In this document: in pieces, positions 18,826-28,633 of the stretch
Layout: each line of letters opens with the position of its first letter
Numbering within the stretch: position 1 is the stretch's first letter
Assembly: GCA_016931455.1 (NCBI GenBank)
Contig: JAFGES010000065.1
Location: 2,097 to 66,096 of the forward strand
DNA length: 64,000 nucleotides
Source of the DNA: Desulfobacterales bacterium
Lineage (GTDB): Bacteria; Desulfobacterota; Desulfobacteria; Desulfobacterales; JAHDSC01
Direction: 5' to 3'
Notes under the pieces: generated by a model
Database searches by the model: none
What the model saw: the letters and a program-made list of their open reading frames with translations, nothing else
What the model was told of the DNA's origin: nothing
Translations under genes and position numbers: made by a program

Positions 18826-19479
18826 ATGAAGAAAAAGCGGATTGTTATCGCTGAGGATCACAAAATTCTCAGGCAAGGGTTATGTTCTCTCTTGACTATG
18901 TGTGACGAATTTGAAGTGGTCGGAGAGGCGGGAGACGGAATGAGTGCCATCCGGACTATTAATGAGACCCATCCTGATCTTGTCCTTTTGGATCTCAATA
19001 TGCCGAAAATGAACGGTATAGCGGTGATCAAGCAAATCAAGCAACAGTTTCCCGAGACGAAAATATTGGCCCTCACCATGTACAGTCAAGAGGACTATAT
19101 CCTTGAGGTCTTCAACTCCGGGGGAGATGGATATTGTCTTAAATCCTCCGGCCGGGAAGACCTGATGATGGGCATAAAAACCGTGTTATCCGGTAAATAT
19201 TATATCAGCCCGGAAATATCGGAGATAGTATTAGAAGGGTACCTGGAGAGCAGAAAAATAAAGAAAAAATCTTCATTTGAGATTCTTACCAAACGCGAAA
19301 AAGAGGTATTAAAACTAGTGGGGGAAGGATATCAGAACAAAGAAATCGCCGAATATCTCTATATCAGTCCAAAGACCGTGGAGAAACACAGGGCAAACAT
19401 TATGCGGAAGCTGAACCTCCACAACGCTTCGGAACTTACCGTTTATGCCATTGAAAAGGGGCTTGTCATAAAAAAATAG
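18826..19479 (+). CDS. NarL/FixJ (LuxR-type HTH) response regulator
   Basis: A receiver domain (VLLDLNMP) is followed by a C-terminal LuxR HTH (LTKREKEVLKLVGEGYQNKEIAEYLYISPKTVEKHRANIMRKL). Confidence 0.9.
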   Translation: MKKKRIVIAEDHKILRQGLCSLLTMCDEFEVVGEAGDGMSAIRTINETHPDLVLLDLNMPKMNGIAVIKQIKQQFPETKILALTMYSQEDYILEVFNSGGDGYCLKSSGREDLMMGIKTVLSGKYYISPEISEIVLEGYLESRKIKKKSSFEILTKREKEVLKLVGEGYQNKEIAEYLYISPKTVEKHRANIMRKLNLHNASELTVYAIEKGLVIKK

Positions 19480-19553
19480 TGATCACTCATGTATGATGAC
19501 GCGTCATTCGGATTTTGGGCTGATTTCTTGTTTCTTTTTTGGTTCCGCCTATG

Positions 19554-19734
19554 CTACTTTACCATCATGGCTTGCAACCTTAGTGCATTTTGAGCGGCAT
19601 AACCTGCTTCGTCGTTGTCGAAATAACAAAATACTTCTTTTCTCTGATTAGTCCAAGTAGAGAAGGCGCTTGCCCATCCAGTCTTCATAATGCCATCCGG
19701 AAGTCCCAATGTGAACATTCTTTCGGTCTGCCAT
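19554..19734 (-). pseudogene. DUF72-family gene with large internal deletion
   Basis: The N-terminus MADRKNVHIGTSGWHYEDW and the C-terminus KEVFCYFDNDEAGYAAQNALRLQAMMVK* lie in different frames only about 60 nt apart. Confidence 0.5.
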
Positions 19735-19744
19735 GAGATTTTTC

Positions 19745-19880
19745 TTATTTAAAGTGATTCCACCTCAATTGATTCACAGTATCCATAACGCCGCCAAAAA
19801 TAAATAAGGTGATGCCTTTTATAGGTATGTCGTATTTTTTTGCCACGAAGGAATGTGCAAATTCATGGGCGATGTATGTT
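19745..19880 (-). pseudogene. M50 (site-2 protease-like) metallopeptidase fragment
   Basis: Minus-strand translation gives YIAHEFAHSFVAKKYDIPIKGITLFIFGGV, the HExxH region, and then terminates. There is no start codon and no remainder of the protein. Confidence 0.4.
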
Positions 19881-20326
19881 TTTCCTGAACATACATCGTC
19901 TCCTTCGATCTTTCGAAATTTTCCAAGAAGTCTTTATTTTTTTATATTTATCATGAGTCAATCAAATGGGAAAGAAATATGTATTATATTAGTCCGAAAA
20001 TACAAAGTTGGTATTAGAGCTTACAAAATTAGGGATTGACATTAAATGCAGCTAACTTTAACCTATTTAAAAGATATGGAATAGATAAGCTAAAACCATA
20101 GACTTCAACTTGAATTGATAACCATATGATACTGAAACACCAACGGCCATAAAACCTCCGACACTTTTTTCACATTTACAGATGTTTTCACTCTAAATAT
20201 TTTGACTATTTTCTTGGCATTACTCTTTTATCGTGAATCGGGTATGTAATGGTGAGAATCGGCAAACCCTAAACGACATCCGGAATTCGGATGAGGAAGA
20301 AACCAAAATAGAAAAAGGAGAATCCC

Positions 20327-21097
20327 ATGAAAAGATTGGAAGGATATGTGGCTGTGATTACCGGTGGAGCCAGAGGTATCGGTAAAGCCATCTGCGAACT
20401 CTTTGCCGACCACGGTGCAAAGACCGTAGTTACGGACATCCTGGACGAAGAAGGCCGGAAATCCGCCGAAGAGATCAAAAACAAGGGGGCAGAGGCGGAA
20501 TTCTTTCATCTCGATACGAGTGTGGAAAAGCAGGTGAAAGAGGTTCTGGCTCAGGTCAACGAAAAGTTCGGAGGCATCCATGTTCTTGTCAACAACGCTG
20601 GAATATCGGGTCCCAACAAGCCGACCCATGAAATAGCGCTGGATGAATGGCAGAATTTGATCGATATCAATTTGAACGGTGTTTTTCTTTGCACCAAACA
20701 CGTGATTCCCTATATGAAGCAGGGAAAGGGGGGGAGTATCATCAATCTTTCATCCATCTACGGAATTATCAGCGCACCGGATGTCCCAGCATACCATGCT
20801 TCGAAAGGAGCGGTGCGCTTAATGACCAAGACGGATGCCCTACTTTATGCGAAGGATAAAATCAGGGTGAATTCCATTCATCCCGGTTACATATGGACGC
20901 CCTTGGTGGAGGCTCTCGCCAAGGAGTCTCCGGAAGGGGTAGAAGGATTTCGGAGGAAGTTGGACGATCTTCATCCGATCGGACATATTGGCGAACCCAT
21001 GGATATTGCTTACGGAGCCTTGTATCTGGCCTCTGCGGAGTCAAAATTTGTGACCGGCAGTGAACTGGTTATTGATGGTGGATACACGGCACAGTAG
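20327..21097 (+). CDS. SDR-family oxidoreductase
   Basis: 256 aa with TGGARGIGKA, NNAG, and the catalytic YHASKGAV. Confidence 0.9.
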   Translation: MKRLEGYVAVITGGARGIGKAICELFADHGAKTVVTDILDEEGRKSAEEIKNKGAEAEFFHLDTSVEKQVKEVLAQVNEKFGGIHVLVNNAGISGPNKPTHEIALDEWQNLIDINLNGVFLCTKHVIPYMKQGKGGSIINLSSIYGIISAPDVPAYHASKGAVRLMTKTDALLYAKDKIRVNSIHPGYIWTPLVEALAKESPEGVEGFRRKLDDLHPIGHIGEPMDIAYGALYLASAESKFVTGSELVIDGGYTAQ

Positions 21098-21134
21098 CAG
21101 GTTTTCTGTTTTAAGGCCGGTTTAATACTAAAGA

Positions 21135-21725
21135 ATGAAGGGAGCCAAAGAGGTCTTTTCCGGGATGGCCGGACTAAACCATCCATCTTTATTCAACAGT
21201 TTAAGAGCCCTATCATGGCATTGCTTGCTGTTGCCGCTATTTTGTTTTTTGCCTTTGGACAATCTATGGAAGGGTTTTCCATTATCATTGTCATTATTCT
21301 GACAGTTGCCATAGGATTTTTCACTGAAATTAAAGCCGTACGTTCCTTTTTAAAGGCACGGCTATTACACGGGGATCCGGTGCCGGGGTGGTAATCGCCA
21401 CCGGCATGAACACCGAATTGGGTCGTATTTCCGCGCTGGTCGAAGACGCAAAAGAAGAAATAACGCCACTTAAAAAAGACTTGACCGCATTGGTCATAAG
21501 CTTATCCGGCTGACCCTTGCTGTCGCTACATGGGTGGCGATTACCGGCATTGTTCGCGGAAAAGTGGTATTATGTACGGTTTTATTGATAGCTACAACTT
21601 TCGTGCCTGGTTTAATAAAGGCACTTCGGATTGTTGGGCCGGGAGTAGAAGGCTGGTTGTTGATTGTTGTAATGAGTCTTGTGCCGCTGGTCTTCGGTCA
21701 GGCTTATAAAATATTTGGAAAATGA
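21135..21725 (+). pseudogene. P-type cation ATPase, heavily deleted remnant
   Basis: Three frames carry pieces of the protein. These are TM1-2 (QFKSPIMALLAVAAILFF...FFTEIKA), the actuator end (GAGVVIATGMNTELGRISALVEDAKEEITPLKKDL) and the last TM (ORF 21534-21725). The P and N domains are absent. Confidence 0.6.
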
Positions 21726-21788
21726 CATGGAAATGAAAAAAGGAAGGATGAGAAAAAAGAGGATAAACCAAACGAAGGGAGGTAAAAA

Positions 21789-22013
21789 ATGCCGAGAGGA
21801 GATAGAACAGGACCAAAAGGCCAGGGACCGGAAACGGGTAGAAAGATGGGAGGAAGAGAACAAGGCGGACGTGGACGAAGAGGTGGTTATGGTAAAGGGC
21901 CGGAAGGCTTTTGCGTGTGCCCGAATTGCGGTGAAAAGTCAACCCATGAAATAGGCAGACCCTGTTATGAGCAGAAATGCCCCAAGTGTGGTACTGCAAT
22001 GATACGCGAATAG
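21789..22013 (+). CDS. DUF5320-like N-terminus fused to a zinc ribbon
   Basis: MPRGDRTGPKGQGPETGR resembles the MPGGDGTGPAGMG start of the ORF at 34274-34636. It is followed by CVCPNCG...CPKCG. Confidence 0.6.
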   Translation: MPRGDRTGPKGQGPETGRKMGGREQGGRGRRGGYGKGPEGFCVCPNCGEKSTHEIGRPCYEQKCPKCGTAMIRE

Positions 22014-22073
22014 CTGTTTTTGATCAACCCAGCTGAATTTAAGTCCAAATATTTCTGAGAAGGTATAGAAAAA

Positions 22074-22277
22074 ATGCCTATCCACAATACCGACATAGCA
22101 GAAATATTTAACCGGTTGGCCGATATTCTGGAAATCCAAGGAGCCAATCCATTCCGGATCGATGACCTAAATCATATGCGTTTCGGCGTCTGGCAAGCCC
22201 GAAGGGGATGGCTCGAGTCAGATGACGTGCTTAATACGAAAAGCTGGAAAGAATTGAAAAAACTGTTCAAGAGGTAA
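22074..22277 (+). pseudogene. PolX-family DNA polymerase/PHP gene reduced to a 67-codon in-frame mini-ORF
   Basis: The PolX N-terminus IHNTDIAEIFNRLADILEIQGANPFRI is joined directly to the PHP C-terminus MRFGVWQARRGWLESDDVLNT. About 500 codons are missing. Confidence 0.6.
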
Positions 22278-22301
22278 GTATTGGGTTACCCGATACATTA
22301 A

Positions 22302-22826
22302 ATGCGGAGCGGAAATATAATGAAGAAACACAGAGTAATCATAAATGACCTCATGCAGAAGGATTATGTTTATTATCTTACTGAACCGATGGGAAAAAAT
22401 TTTCATCAAGAATTTTCGCCGGATTTAACACCCAAGCAAATGCTGGAAATGGGCGTTTTTGGAGGCAAATATATGACCGATTGCAGAGATGAGTTTCCCA
22501 AAGACTGGTTTATTTCCGCAAAGCTTTGTCATGAGCGCCATGATCCTGCATTGAATTACTTTGGAGTCAATGCTTCTCAGCCGCTATCGGTTTGGCGTAA
22601 AAAAGGTTGGATTTATCATGAAGATCCTAGAGGATGGTTTCAATGGTATTGCAGATACTACATGGGCAGAAGATGCCCCGATGATGAACGTCAGATCAAA
22701 AGATGGAAAGCGATAAAGAGGCATATGGCACAAATCAAGAAGCACTGCGAAAAGGCGAATCTGATTTGCCGGCCCAAACAAAGACAGGCATTATTAAATT
22801 GGTCTTATGATAGTATAAAAATTTAA
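22302..22826 (+). CDS. Conserved hypothetical protein
   Basis: 174-aa ORF, with an alternative start at MKKHRV (22320). The Trp/Arg-rich motif DPRGWFQWYCRYYMGRR is present. No family could be named. Confidence 0.55.
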   Translation: MRSGNIMKKHRVIINDLMQKDYVYYLTEPMGKNFHQEFSPDLTPKQMLEMGVFGGKYMTDCRDEFPKDWFISAKLCHERHDPALNYFGVNASQPLSVWRKKGWIYHEDPRGWFQWYCRYYMGRRCPDDERQIKRWKAIKRHMAQIKKHCEKANLICRPKQRQALLNWSYDSIKI

Positions 22827-22878
22827 TATCCAAACATCACGACACGTTATGAGATCGCAACAATCTGCTTAGGGTATT

Positions 22879-23061
22879 TTGGTCAGAGGCCAAAAAGAAA
22901 TATTCTGGGCTGCGCATCAGGTCAATTTGCCTTATGCACACATTGAGCGCTTGATCAACTTAGGTGAAGTGCCGGTAACCAGCTTCAAAGTTGCCTGTTT
23001 CCCGTTGAAGATCAAAGTGGGAAGTGCGGATCCGGCACGTGTAGTGGCGATAGTTCCGTAA
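22879..23061 (+). pseudogene. Cyclase/formamidase-like C-terminal fragment
   Basis: It ends ...FKVACFPLKIKVGSADPARVVAIVP*, resembling the C-terminus of cyclase-family proteins. Only about 60 codons remain. Confidence 0.4.
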
Positions 23062-23193
23062 GTTATTCAAATCGATATTTACCCCAACGTTGCAAAAGCC
23101 GGGGAGGGTAAAAAGGCGGTTACCTTGAAAAATTGCTGTTGAAAAATTACTTGACAGAATTTTTATATGAGATATAGGGTGATTCATATTTTG

Positions 23194-23358
23194 GATCAGG
23201 TGCTCATAATGAGCTGAAAAGGGAACCCTCGTGAAAATCGGGGACGGGCCCACCGCTGTAATCGGGGACGAAGGTCGCAAAATACCACTGATGAAGACAT
23301 TTTCATTGGGAAGGTGCGACCGGTAGAATGAACCGTGAGTCAGAAGACCTGCCTGATC
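23194..23358 (+). promoter_or_regulatory. Cobalamin (B12) riboswitch aptamer
   Basis: P1 pairs GATCAGG (23194-23200) with CCTGATC (23352-23358). The conserved core reads AAAAGGGAACCCTCGTGAAAATCGGGGACGGGCCCACCGCTGTAA, then ACCACTG, GGGAAGG and AGTCAGAAGACCTGCC (the B12 box). Confidence 0.85.
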
Positions 23359-23422
23359 ACTGAGCCGACCGCACAGGGATGGTGCCCGGCATTTCAGATC
23401 TATTCGGATAAAAAAGGGAAAT

Positions 23423-23459
23423 CCCCGGATCGAAATTAAAATCGGTCCGGGGTTTTTTT
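23423..23459 (+). terminator. Intrinsic terminator (riboswitch expression platform)
   Basis: CCCCGGATCGA pairs with TCGGTCCGGGG, giving an 11 bp stem with one G-U pair and an 8-nt loop. A T7 tract follows, 13 nt before the cobN-like ATG. Confidence 0.75.
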
Positions 23460-23472
23460 ATGGGGTGAAGAT

Positions 23473-26400
23473 ATGAGGAATTATCGTCTTGAGTTTAAGT
23501 CGGCAGCAACTCTATTTTTAATAGGATGTATGGTTTTGATACTGCTACCCTTTGAGGTTTCGGCTGAAAATGTGGCTATTTTGGAGGTAGATATCAATAG
23601 CTATCAGGTCCATAAGGCCGTAAAGCAACTGAATCTTCCCGAATCAATTGATACACGGTTTTTCACTTTTGAAGACCTGAAAAAGAATGAGACGGCCAAA
23701 GCATTCATTTCCGATTCGTCCGTCGTCTTCGTCAATGTCATGATGCCCGAACTGGCCGATTTTATGGTCAATGAAAAATTGATGAACGGCCGTGCCGTCT
23801 ATGCGCTGAACCAGGCCGGCGATCCGGAAGCGTTGGCCAAAAAGGGGTATTTGTTCGACCCGATGATCATGGACTACTACCACAACCTGACTGCTGCAAA
23901 TATGGTCAATATGGTGCGCATGGCCGTTAATTGGCATATGGATCCCACGGTCACCTTCGAAGCGCTGGAAAAGTTGCCGGAAGGATGTATCTATCATCCG
24001 GATGCACCGGAAAAATTTCAGGAATTGACGGCATATAAAAAGTGGTATGCCGGTCGTGCCGAATACAGACCTGAAAATCCATGGGTGGGTATCCTATTTT
24101 ACAATACCACCTTAAAGGAAGGGCAGGTGGAAGCGGCTTGCGCACTGATTGGAAAACTGGAGTCTTCCGGATTCAATGTACTTCCCTGTTTCGGTCCGGT
24201 CCAAATGGTATTGACGCAATATTTAAAACCCGTTGCCGGAAAATCGCCGGTGGATATGGTGCTGGCATTTACCATGAAGTTTTCTTCCGGTATCAACGAT
24301 GAAATTCGTTCGGCACTGGTTAACTTGAATGTTCCGGTCTTTAATGTGATCCGACCCTACGGTGAAACCATAGAACAGTGGCGGCAAAGCGAGGTGGGGC
24401 TTGGGCCCATGGAAACGGTCTGGGCGGTGGCTACCCCCGAGTTTTCCGGTGCCGTTGAACCGACCGTGCTGATCGGCAAAAAGGAAATCATCGATCCTGA
24501 AACCGGCCGGCGTCTGTATGTATATGAAACTATCGAGGAGACCATCGATTTTCTCATTCCGCGTCTGAAAAAATGGGCGGCACTGCAGCGCAAACCCAAT
24601 GCGGAAAAGAAGGTGGCCATAATCTACTACAATCACAGCCAGGGCAAACAAAATATTGCTGCGGCCTATCTGAACATTTTCCGAAGCCTTCAGAACATTT
24701 TGAACCGTATGAAACAGGAAGGCTACACCATCGATCAGGCGGATAGGCTCACGGAAGAGGGGATTAAAGATATGATTCTAACCAGCGGACGCAACATCGG
24801 TTCCTGGGCGCCCGGAGAACTGGATGTCCTGTTGGCGTCCGGTGAAGCAGAGCAGGTTTCCCTGGCGGAATATAAATCATGGTTTGACAGCCTGCCTGAG
24901 GATTTTAAAAAACCGGTGATCGCCCAATGGGGCACACCGGAAGACTGTACGATCATGACCAAAGACGGCCGGCTGGTTTTTCCGATGGTTAAATTAGGAA
25001 ATCTGGTATTGTTGCCGGAACCGGCCCGGGGGTGGTCGGACGATCCCATGAAACTCTATCATGACACCACTCTTTATCCCCATCATCAGTATATCGCAGC
25101 CTACCTCTGGCTCTCTAAAAAATTTCAGGCCGATGCCATGGTGCATTTGGGAACCCATGCGACCTATGAATGGCTTCCGGGCAAGCAGGCCGGGCTTTGT
25201 CCTTCCGACCCGCCGGAGATCATGACCGGCAGTATTCCCAATATCTATCCCTATATCGTGGATGATGTGGGCGAAGGGATCGAGGCCAAGCGCCGGGGCC
25301 GGGGGGTAATCCTCGATCACCTGACACCCCCGATGAAAGAGGCTGACCTATACAATGAGTACCGCAAAATTCATGAGTTGTTTCATAAATGGGAAATCGC
25401 CAAAGCCAACGGCAGCGAGACAGCATCCGAATACAAGCGGGAAGTGCTTAAGATGGTTGAGGAAACCGGAATTGCCAATGACCTCTCAATAAATGAGATG
25501 AATGAAGAGGCCATGGAAAAGATTCATCTTTACCTTCACGAGATTGACACCAATTCTCTGCCCTATGGATTGCACACCTACGGCAAACCCTACGACCCGG
25601 ATGCGGCCGCCGAGACGATTCAACTGATTATGAAACAGAATCCAAAAGCGGATAAAAAACAGGTGCGCCGTGATTTGGATGCCTCTTCTGTGCGAGAGAT
25701 GGACAATTTTATTCGTGCCCTCAACGGTGAGTATGTACCGGCCGGGGAGGGCAACGATCCTTTGCGGAATCTTGCAGCAATTCCGACCGGAAAGAACTTT
25801 TACGGATTCTCACCGGCCAAGGTTCCTTCAAAAGCCGCCTGGGAGATCGGCAAACGTGCTGCCGTGCAGATGATTGAAGAAAAGCTTAAAAAAGAAGGAA
25901 AATATCCGGTAAAAGTCGGGGTGGTTCTCTGGGCCACGGAAACCACGCGCAATGAGGGCGTTCACGAAAGTACCATTCTTTATCTAATGGGAGTGGAGCC
26001 GATCTGGGATGCCACTGAGCGGGTGACGGGCAGCCGAGTCATTCCGGGACCGCAATTGGGAAGACCTCGTATCGATGTGCTGATTAATCCCTCCGGTCTG
26101 TATCGGGATATGTTTCCCGATAAGCTCATTTTCCTGGATAATGCAGTGCAAAAAGCTATGGCTCAGACCGATATCGAAAATTTTCTCGCCAAAAATAAAG
26201 CGGTCATTAAAACGGCTCTGTTAGCTTCAGGCATGAATGAAGCAGATGCTGAGGTGCAGTCGCGCTTTCGAATATTTACTGAAAAAACCGGCTCCTACGG
26301 CAACGGCGTGGCGGAAATGGCGGTTGATTCAGGATTGTGGGAATCCGATGAGGCCGTCAGCGATGTATACTTGAACCGGGTACAGTTTGCCGTGGGTCAG

Positions 26401-27654
26401 GGAAAATGGGCGGTTCCAGTCAAAGCCGCATTTAAAGAAAATCTACGCGGTGTGGATATCGCAGTGCACTCCCGTTCCAGTAATGTAATCGGGATCATCG
26501 ATACCGATGATTTTTTCATGTATCTGGGGGGCATGTCGCTAGCCGTAAAAAACATCAAAGGGAAAGCGCCGGATACCATGGTGACCATGCACCGCCGGAA
26601 AGACGAACTAATGGTGGAAGATGTAACCAAGACCATCGGCCGGGAAATGCGTACTCGCTATCTCAATCCCCAATGGATTGAGGGGATGAAGCGCGACAAC
26701 TACGCCGGTGCCAGGCAAATGGCCGATTTTACGGAAAACCTATGGGGCTGGCAGGTCACGGTACGCGATGCCGTGGATGCGGACAAGTGGCAGCAAATAT
26801 TTGAGGTTTATGTGGAGGACAAATACGGGATGGAGTTATCCGAATTTTTTAGTAAAAATAACCCTTGGGCCTATCAGTCCATGACGGCCCGAATGCTGGA
26901 GGCTGTGCGCAAGGAGTATTGGAAGGCCGAAGAAAAGGTCACGAAAAAGCTGGCCGCCGAATATGCGTTGAATGTGGTGGAAAAAGGGGTGGCCTGCTGC
27001 AGTCACAGCTGTAACAATCCCATGCTCAACCACATGGTGATCGACATTATCTCCCTGCCCGGCGGACTCTCACCGGAGATGGTTGCGAAATTTAAATTGG
27101 CTTTGGAAAATATGGCAGCCAAAACCCTTGATGAGCAGGTCGCTGAAAGACATAAATTGCTGGCAGAACTTAAAACCGATTTGGGAAAGATGGATCAAGA
27201 CGTGCCACAGGATGCCCAAAAGACATCGGAAAAGCCTATGGAACCGCAAAAAATTGCTGATACTGAAAATTTAGAAAATGTCGAAGGCTATAAGATGGAG
27301 GATATCAAGAATCAGGATAAGATCACGGATTTTAGTTCATCCAGCGTCAAATGGATTGTACCGCTTTTTGTCCTTTTGTTGATCGGGTTGTTTTTATGGT
27401 TTTATCGAAAATCGGCCGTCACACTGCCGAAATCATTTTTGGCCAAGTCCATGTTTGTAATGGCCGTCTGCTTTTTTATCTCAGTGGCTGTTATGCCGTT
27501 ATTCGATGATCTGGAAAGCGTTTATCAAATGGCCCGATATCATAGCGATACAAAAGCCCAAAAAGCATTTCCCATTTTTCCTATAATCTTTACGGCAACG
27601 GCCTTTGCAGCCGGCTTTGGTTTCAAGAACAAAGAAATAAGGAGCCTAACATGA
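23473..27654 (+). CDS. CobN/Mg-chelatase-family large subunit homologue with signal peptide and C-terminal TM anchor
   Basis: 1393 aa with a CobN-type body. The N-terminus KSAATLFLIGCMVLILLPFEVSA-EN looks like a Sec signal. The last 110 aa contain three hydrophobic helices (VKWIVPLFVLLLIGLFLWFY, MFVMAVCFFISVAVMPLF, FPIFPIIFTATAFAAGFGF). Confidence 0.9.
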   Translation: MRNYRLEFKSAATLFLIGCMVLILLPFEVSAENVAILEVDINSYQVHKAVKQLNLPESIDTRFFTFEDLKKNETAKAFISDSSVVFVNVMMPELADFMVNEKLMNGRAVYALNQAGDPEALAKKGYLFDPMIMDYYHNLTAANMVNMVRMAVNWHMDPTVTFEALEKLPEGCIYHPDAPEKFQELTAYKKWYAGRAEYRPENPWVGILFYNTTLKEGQVEAACALIGKLESSGFNVLPCFGPVQMVLTQYLKPVAGKSPVDMVLAFTMKFSSGINDEIRSALVNLNVPVFNVIRPYGETIEQWRQSEVGLGPMETVWAVATPEFSGAVEPTVLIGKKEIIDPETGRRLYVYETIEETIDFLIPRLKKWAALQRKPNAEKKVAIIYYNHSQGKQNIAAAYLNIFRSLQNILNRMKQEGYTIDQADRLTEEGIKDMILTSGRNIGSWAPGELDVLLASGEAEQVSLAEYKSWFDSLPEDFKKPVIAQWGTPEDCTIMTKDGRLVFPMVKLGNLVLLPEPARGWSDDPMKLYHDTTLYPHHQYIAAYLWLSKKFQADAMVHLGTHATYEWLPGKQAGLCPSDPPEIMTGSIPNIYPYIVDDVGEGIEAKRRGRGVILDHLTPPMKEADLYNEYRKIHELFHKWEIAKANGSETASEYKREVLKMVEETGIANDLSINEMNEEAMEKIHLYLHEIDTNSLPYGLHTYGKPYDPDAAAETIQLIMKQNPKADKKQVRRDLDASSVREMDNFIRALNGEYVPAGEGNDPLRNLAAIPTGKNFYGFSPAKVPSKAAWEIGKRAAVQMIEEKLKKEGKYPVKVGVVLWATETTRNEGVHESTILYLMGVEPIWDATERVTGSRVIPGPQLGRPRIDVLINPSGLYRDMFPDKLIFLDNAVQKAMAQTDIENFLAKNKAVIKTALLASGMNEADAEVQSRFRIFTEKTGSYGNGVAEMAVDSGLWESDEAVSDVYLNRVQFAVGQGKWAVPVKAAFKENLRGVDIAVHSRSSNVIGIIDTDDFFMYLGGMSLAVKNIKGKAPDTMVTMHRRKDELMVEDVTKTIGREMRTRYLNPQWIEGMKRDNYAGARQMADFTENLWGWQVTVRDAVDADKWQQIFEVYVEDKYGMELSEFFSKNNPWAYQSMTARMLEAVRKEYWKAEEKVTKKLAAEYALNVVEKGVACCSHSCNNPMLNHMVIDIISLPGGLSPEMVAKFKLALENMAAKTLDEQVAERHKLLAELKTDLGKMDQDVPQDAQKTSEKPMEPQKIADTENLENVEGYKMEDIKNQDKITDFSSSSVKWIVPLFVLLLIGLFLWFYRKSAVTLPKSFLAKSMFVMAVCFFISVAVMPLFDDLESVYQMARYHSDTKAQKAFPIFPIIFTATAFAAGFGFKNKEIRSLT

Positions 27655-28289
27655 TTGAAATTGGTGCATTACTGAAAGCCTTTATTTACTTCATCTCTTC
27701 TGTTCTACTATATCCCGTTTTGTTTCTGTTGGTGATTTTGACCTTGCTGATCATCGTCTATGCCGGATCGTTTTTGGCCGAATGGTTGGAACGTTTTCGG
27801 ATGCAAAAATGTCCGCCTCAAGAGCTACCGGCCATGATGAAAAACGGCGAACCATCAACAGTTTTTTCCCACCGGGTGAACCAATATATCCAAATGATGC
27901 ATCAAGCCAAAGACGGTAATAATTCAGGTGAGGTTGCCATTGAAAATCTGCTTCAGGAAATGACTCTGAAGATGTGGAAATCCATGGACCGGCTCAGAAT
28001 TTTGGTGCGGGTAGCGCCGTCCCTTGGTTTGATCGGTACGCTGATCCCTATGGGCACCGGATTGGCAGCCTTGGGACAGGGGGATATGACTCAGCTTACC
28101 ACGAATTTGGTCATTGCCTTTACGACCACGGTAGTGGGCCTTGCCGTCGGTACGTTAGCTTTTTTCTTTTATACGGTCAAGCGGCGCTGGATCGAAGAGG
28201 ACGTTAAGAACATGGAAATAGCGACTGAAATGGCAATGTACGACGCAGAAAGGATGGAAGATGAGATACTTTCAACGACGGAGAATTAA
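27651..28289 (+). CDS. MotA/TolQ/ExbB-family proton channel protein
   Basis: The start overlaps the cobN-like stop (ATGA). It has three TM segments and the family motif APSLGLIGTLIPMGTGL. Confidence 0.85.
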   Translation: MIEIGALLKAFIYFISSVLLYPVLFLLVILTLLIIVYAGSFLAEWLERFRMQKCPPQELPAMMKNGEPSTVFSHRVNQYIQMMHQAKDGNNSGEVAIENLLQEMTLKMWKSMDRLRILVRVAPSLGLIGTLIPMGTGLAALGQGDMTQLTTNLVIAFTTTVVGLAVGTLAFFFYTVKRRWIEEDVKNMEIATEMAMYDAERMEDEILSTTEN

Positions 28290-28626
28290 CAAAACCGTCA
28301 GAGCCTTCGGCAATCCCGCCTTCAGGGATGATGATCCCATGACCGGTGTCGCCAACCTGTTTGACATCGGTTTGGTCTTTATCGTGGGGCTGCTTATGAC
28401 CATTTTTAGTGCCTATCGTCTCCAAGATCTGTTTGATCAAAAATCGGAAATGACCATCATGAAACAGCAAAATTCCGGTGAGATGGAGATCATTATCAAG
28501 AAAGGCACAAAAATCAAGGCCACGAAAGTGACCCGGGAAGCGGCCAAAGGTATGGGTAACCGGCTCGGCGTGGCCTATCGGTTGGAAGACGGATCCATGG
28601 TGTATGTTCCGGATGAAAAGGAGTAG
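28261..28626 (+). CDS. DUF2149 protein with ExbD/TolR-like topology
   Basis: It overlaps the previous gene by 29 nt. DDPMTGVANLFDIGLVFIVGLLMTIF forms a single TM segment, followed by a soluble domain of about 70 aa. Confidence 0.7.
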   Translation: MRYFQRRRINKTVRAFGNPAFRDDDPMTGVANLFDIGLVFIVGLLMTIFSAYRLQDLFDQKSEMTIMKQQNSGEMEIIIKKGTKIKATKVTREAAKGMGNRLGVAYRLEDGSMVYVPDEKE

Positions 28627-28633
28627 AAAATAA

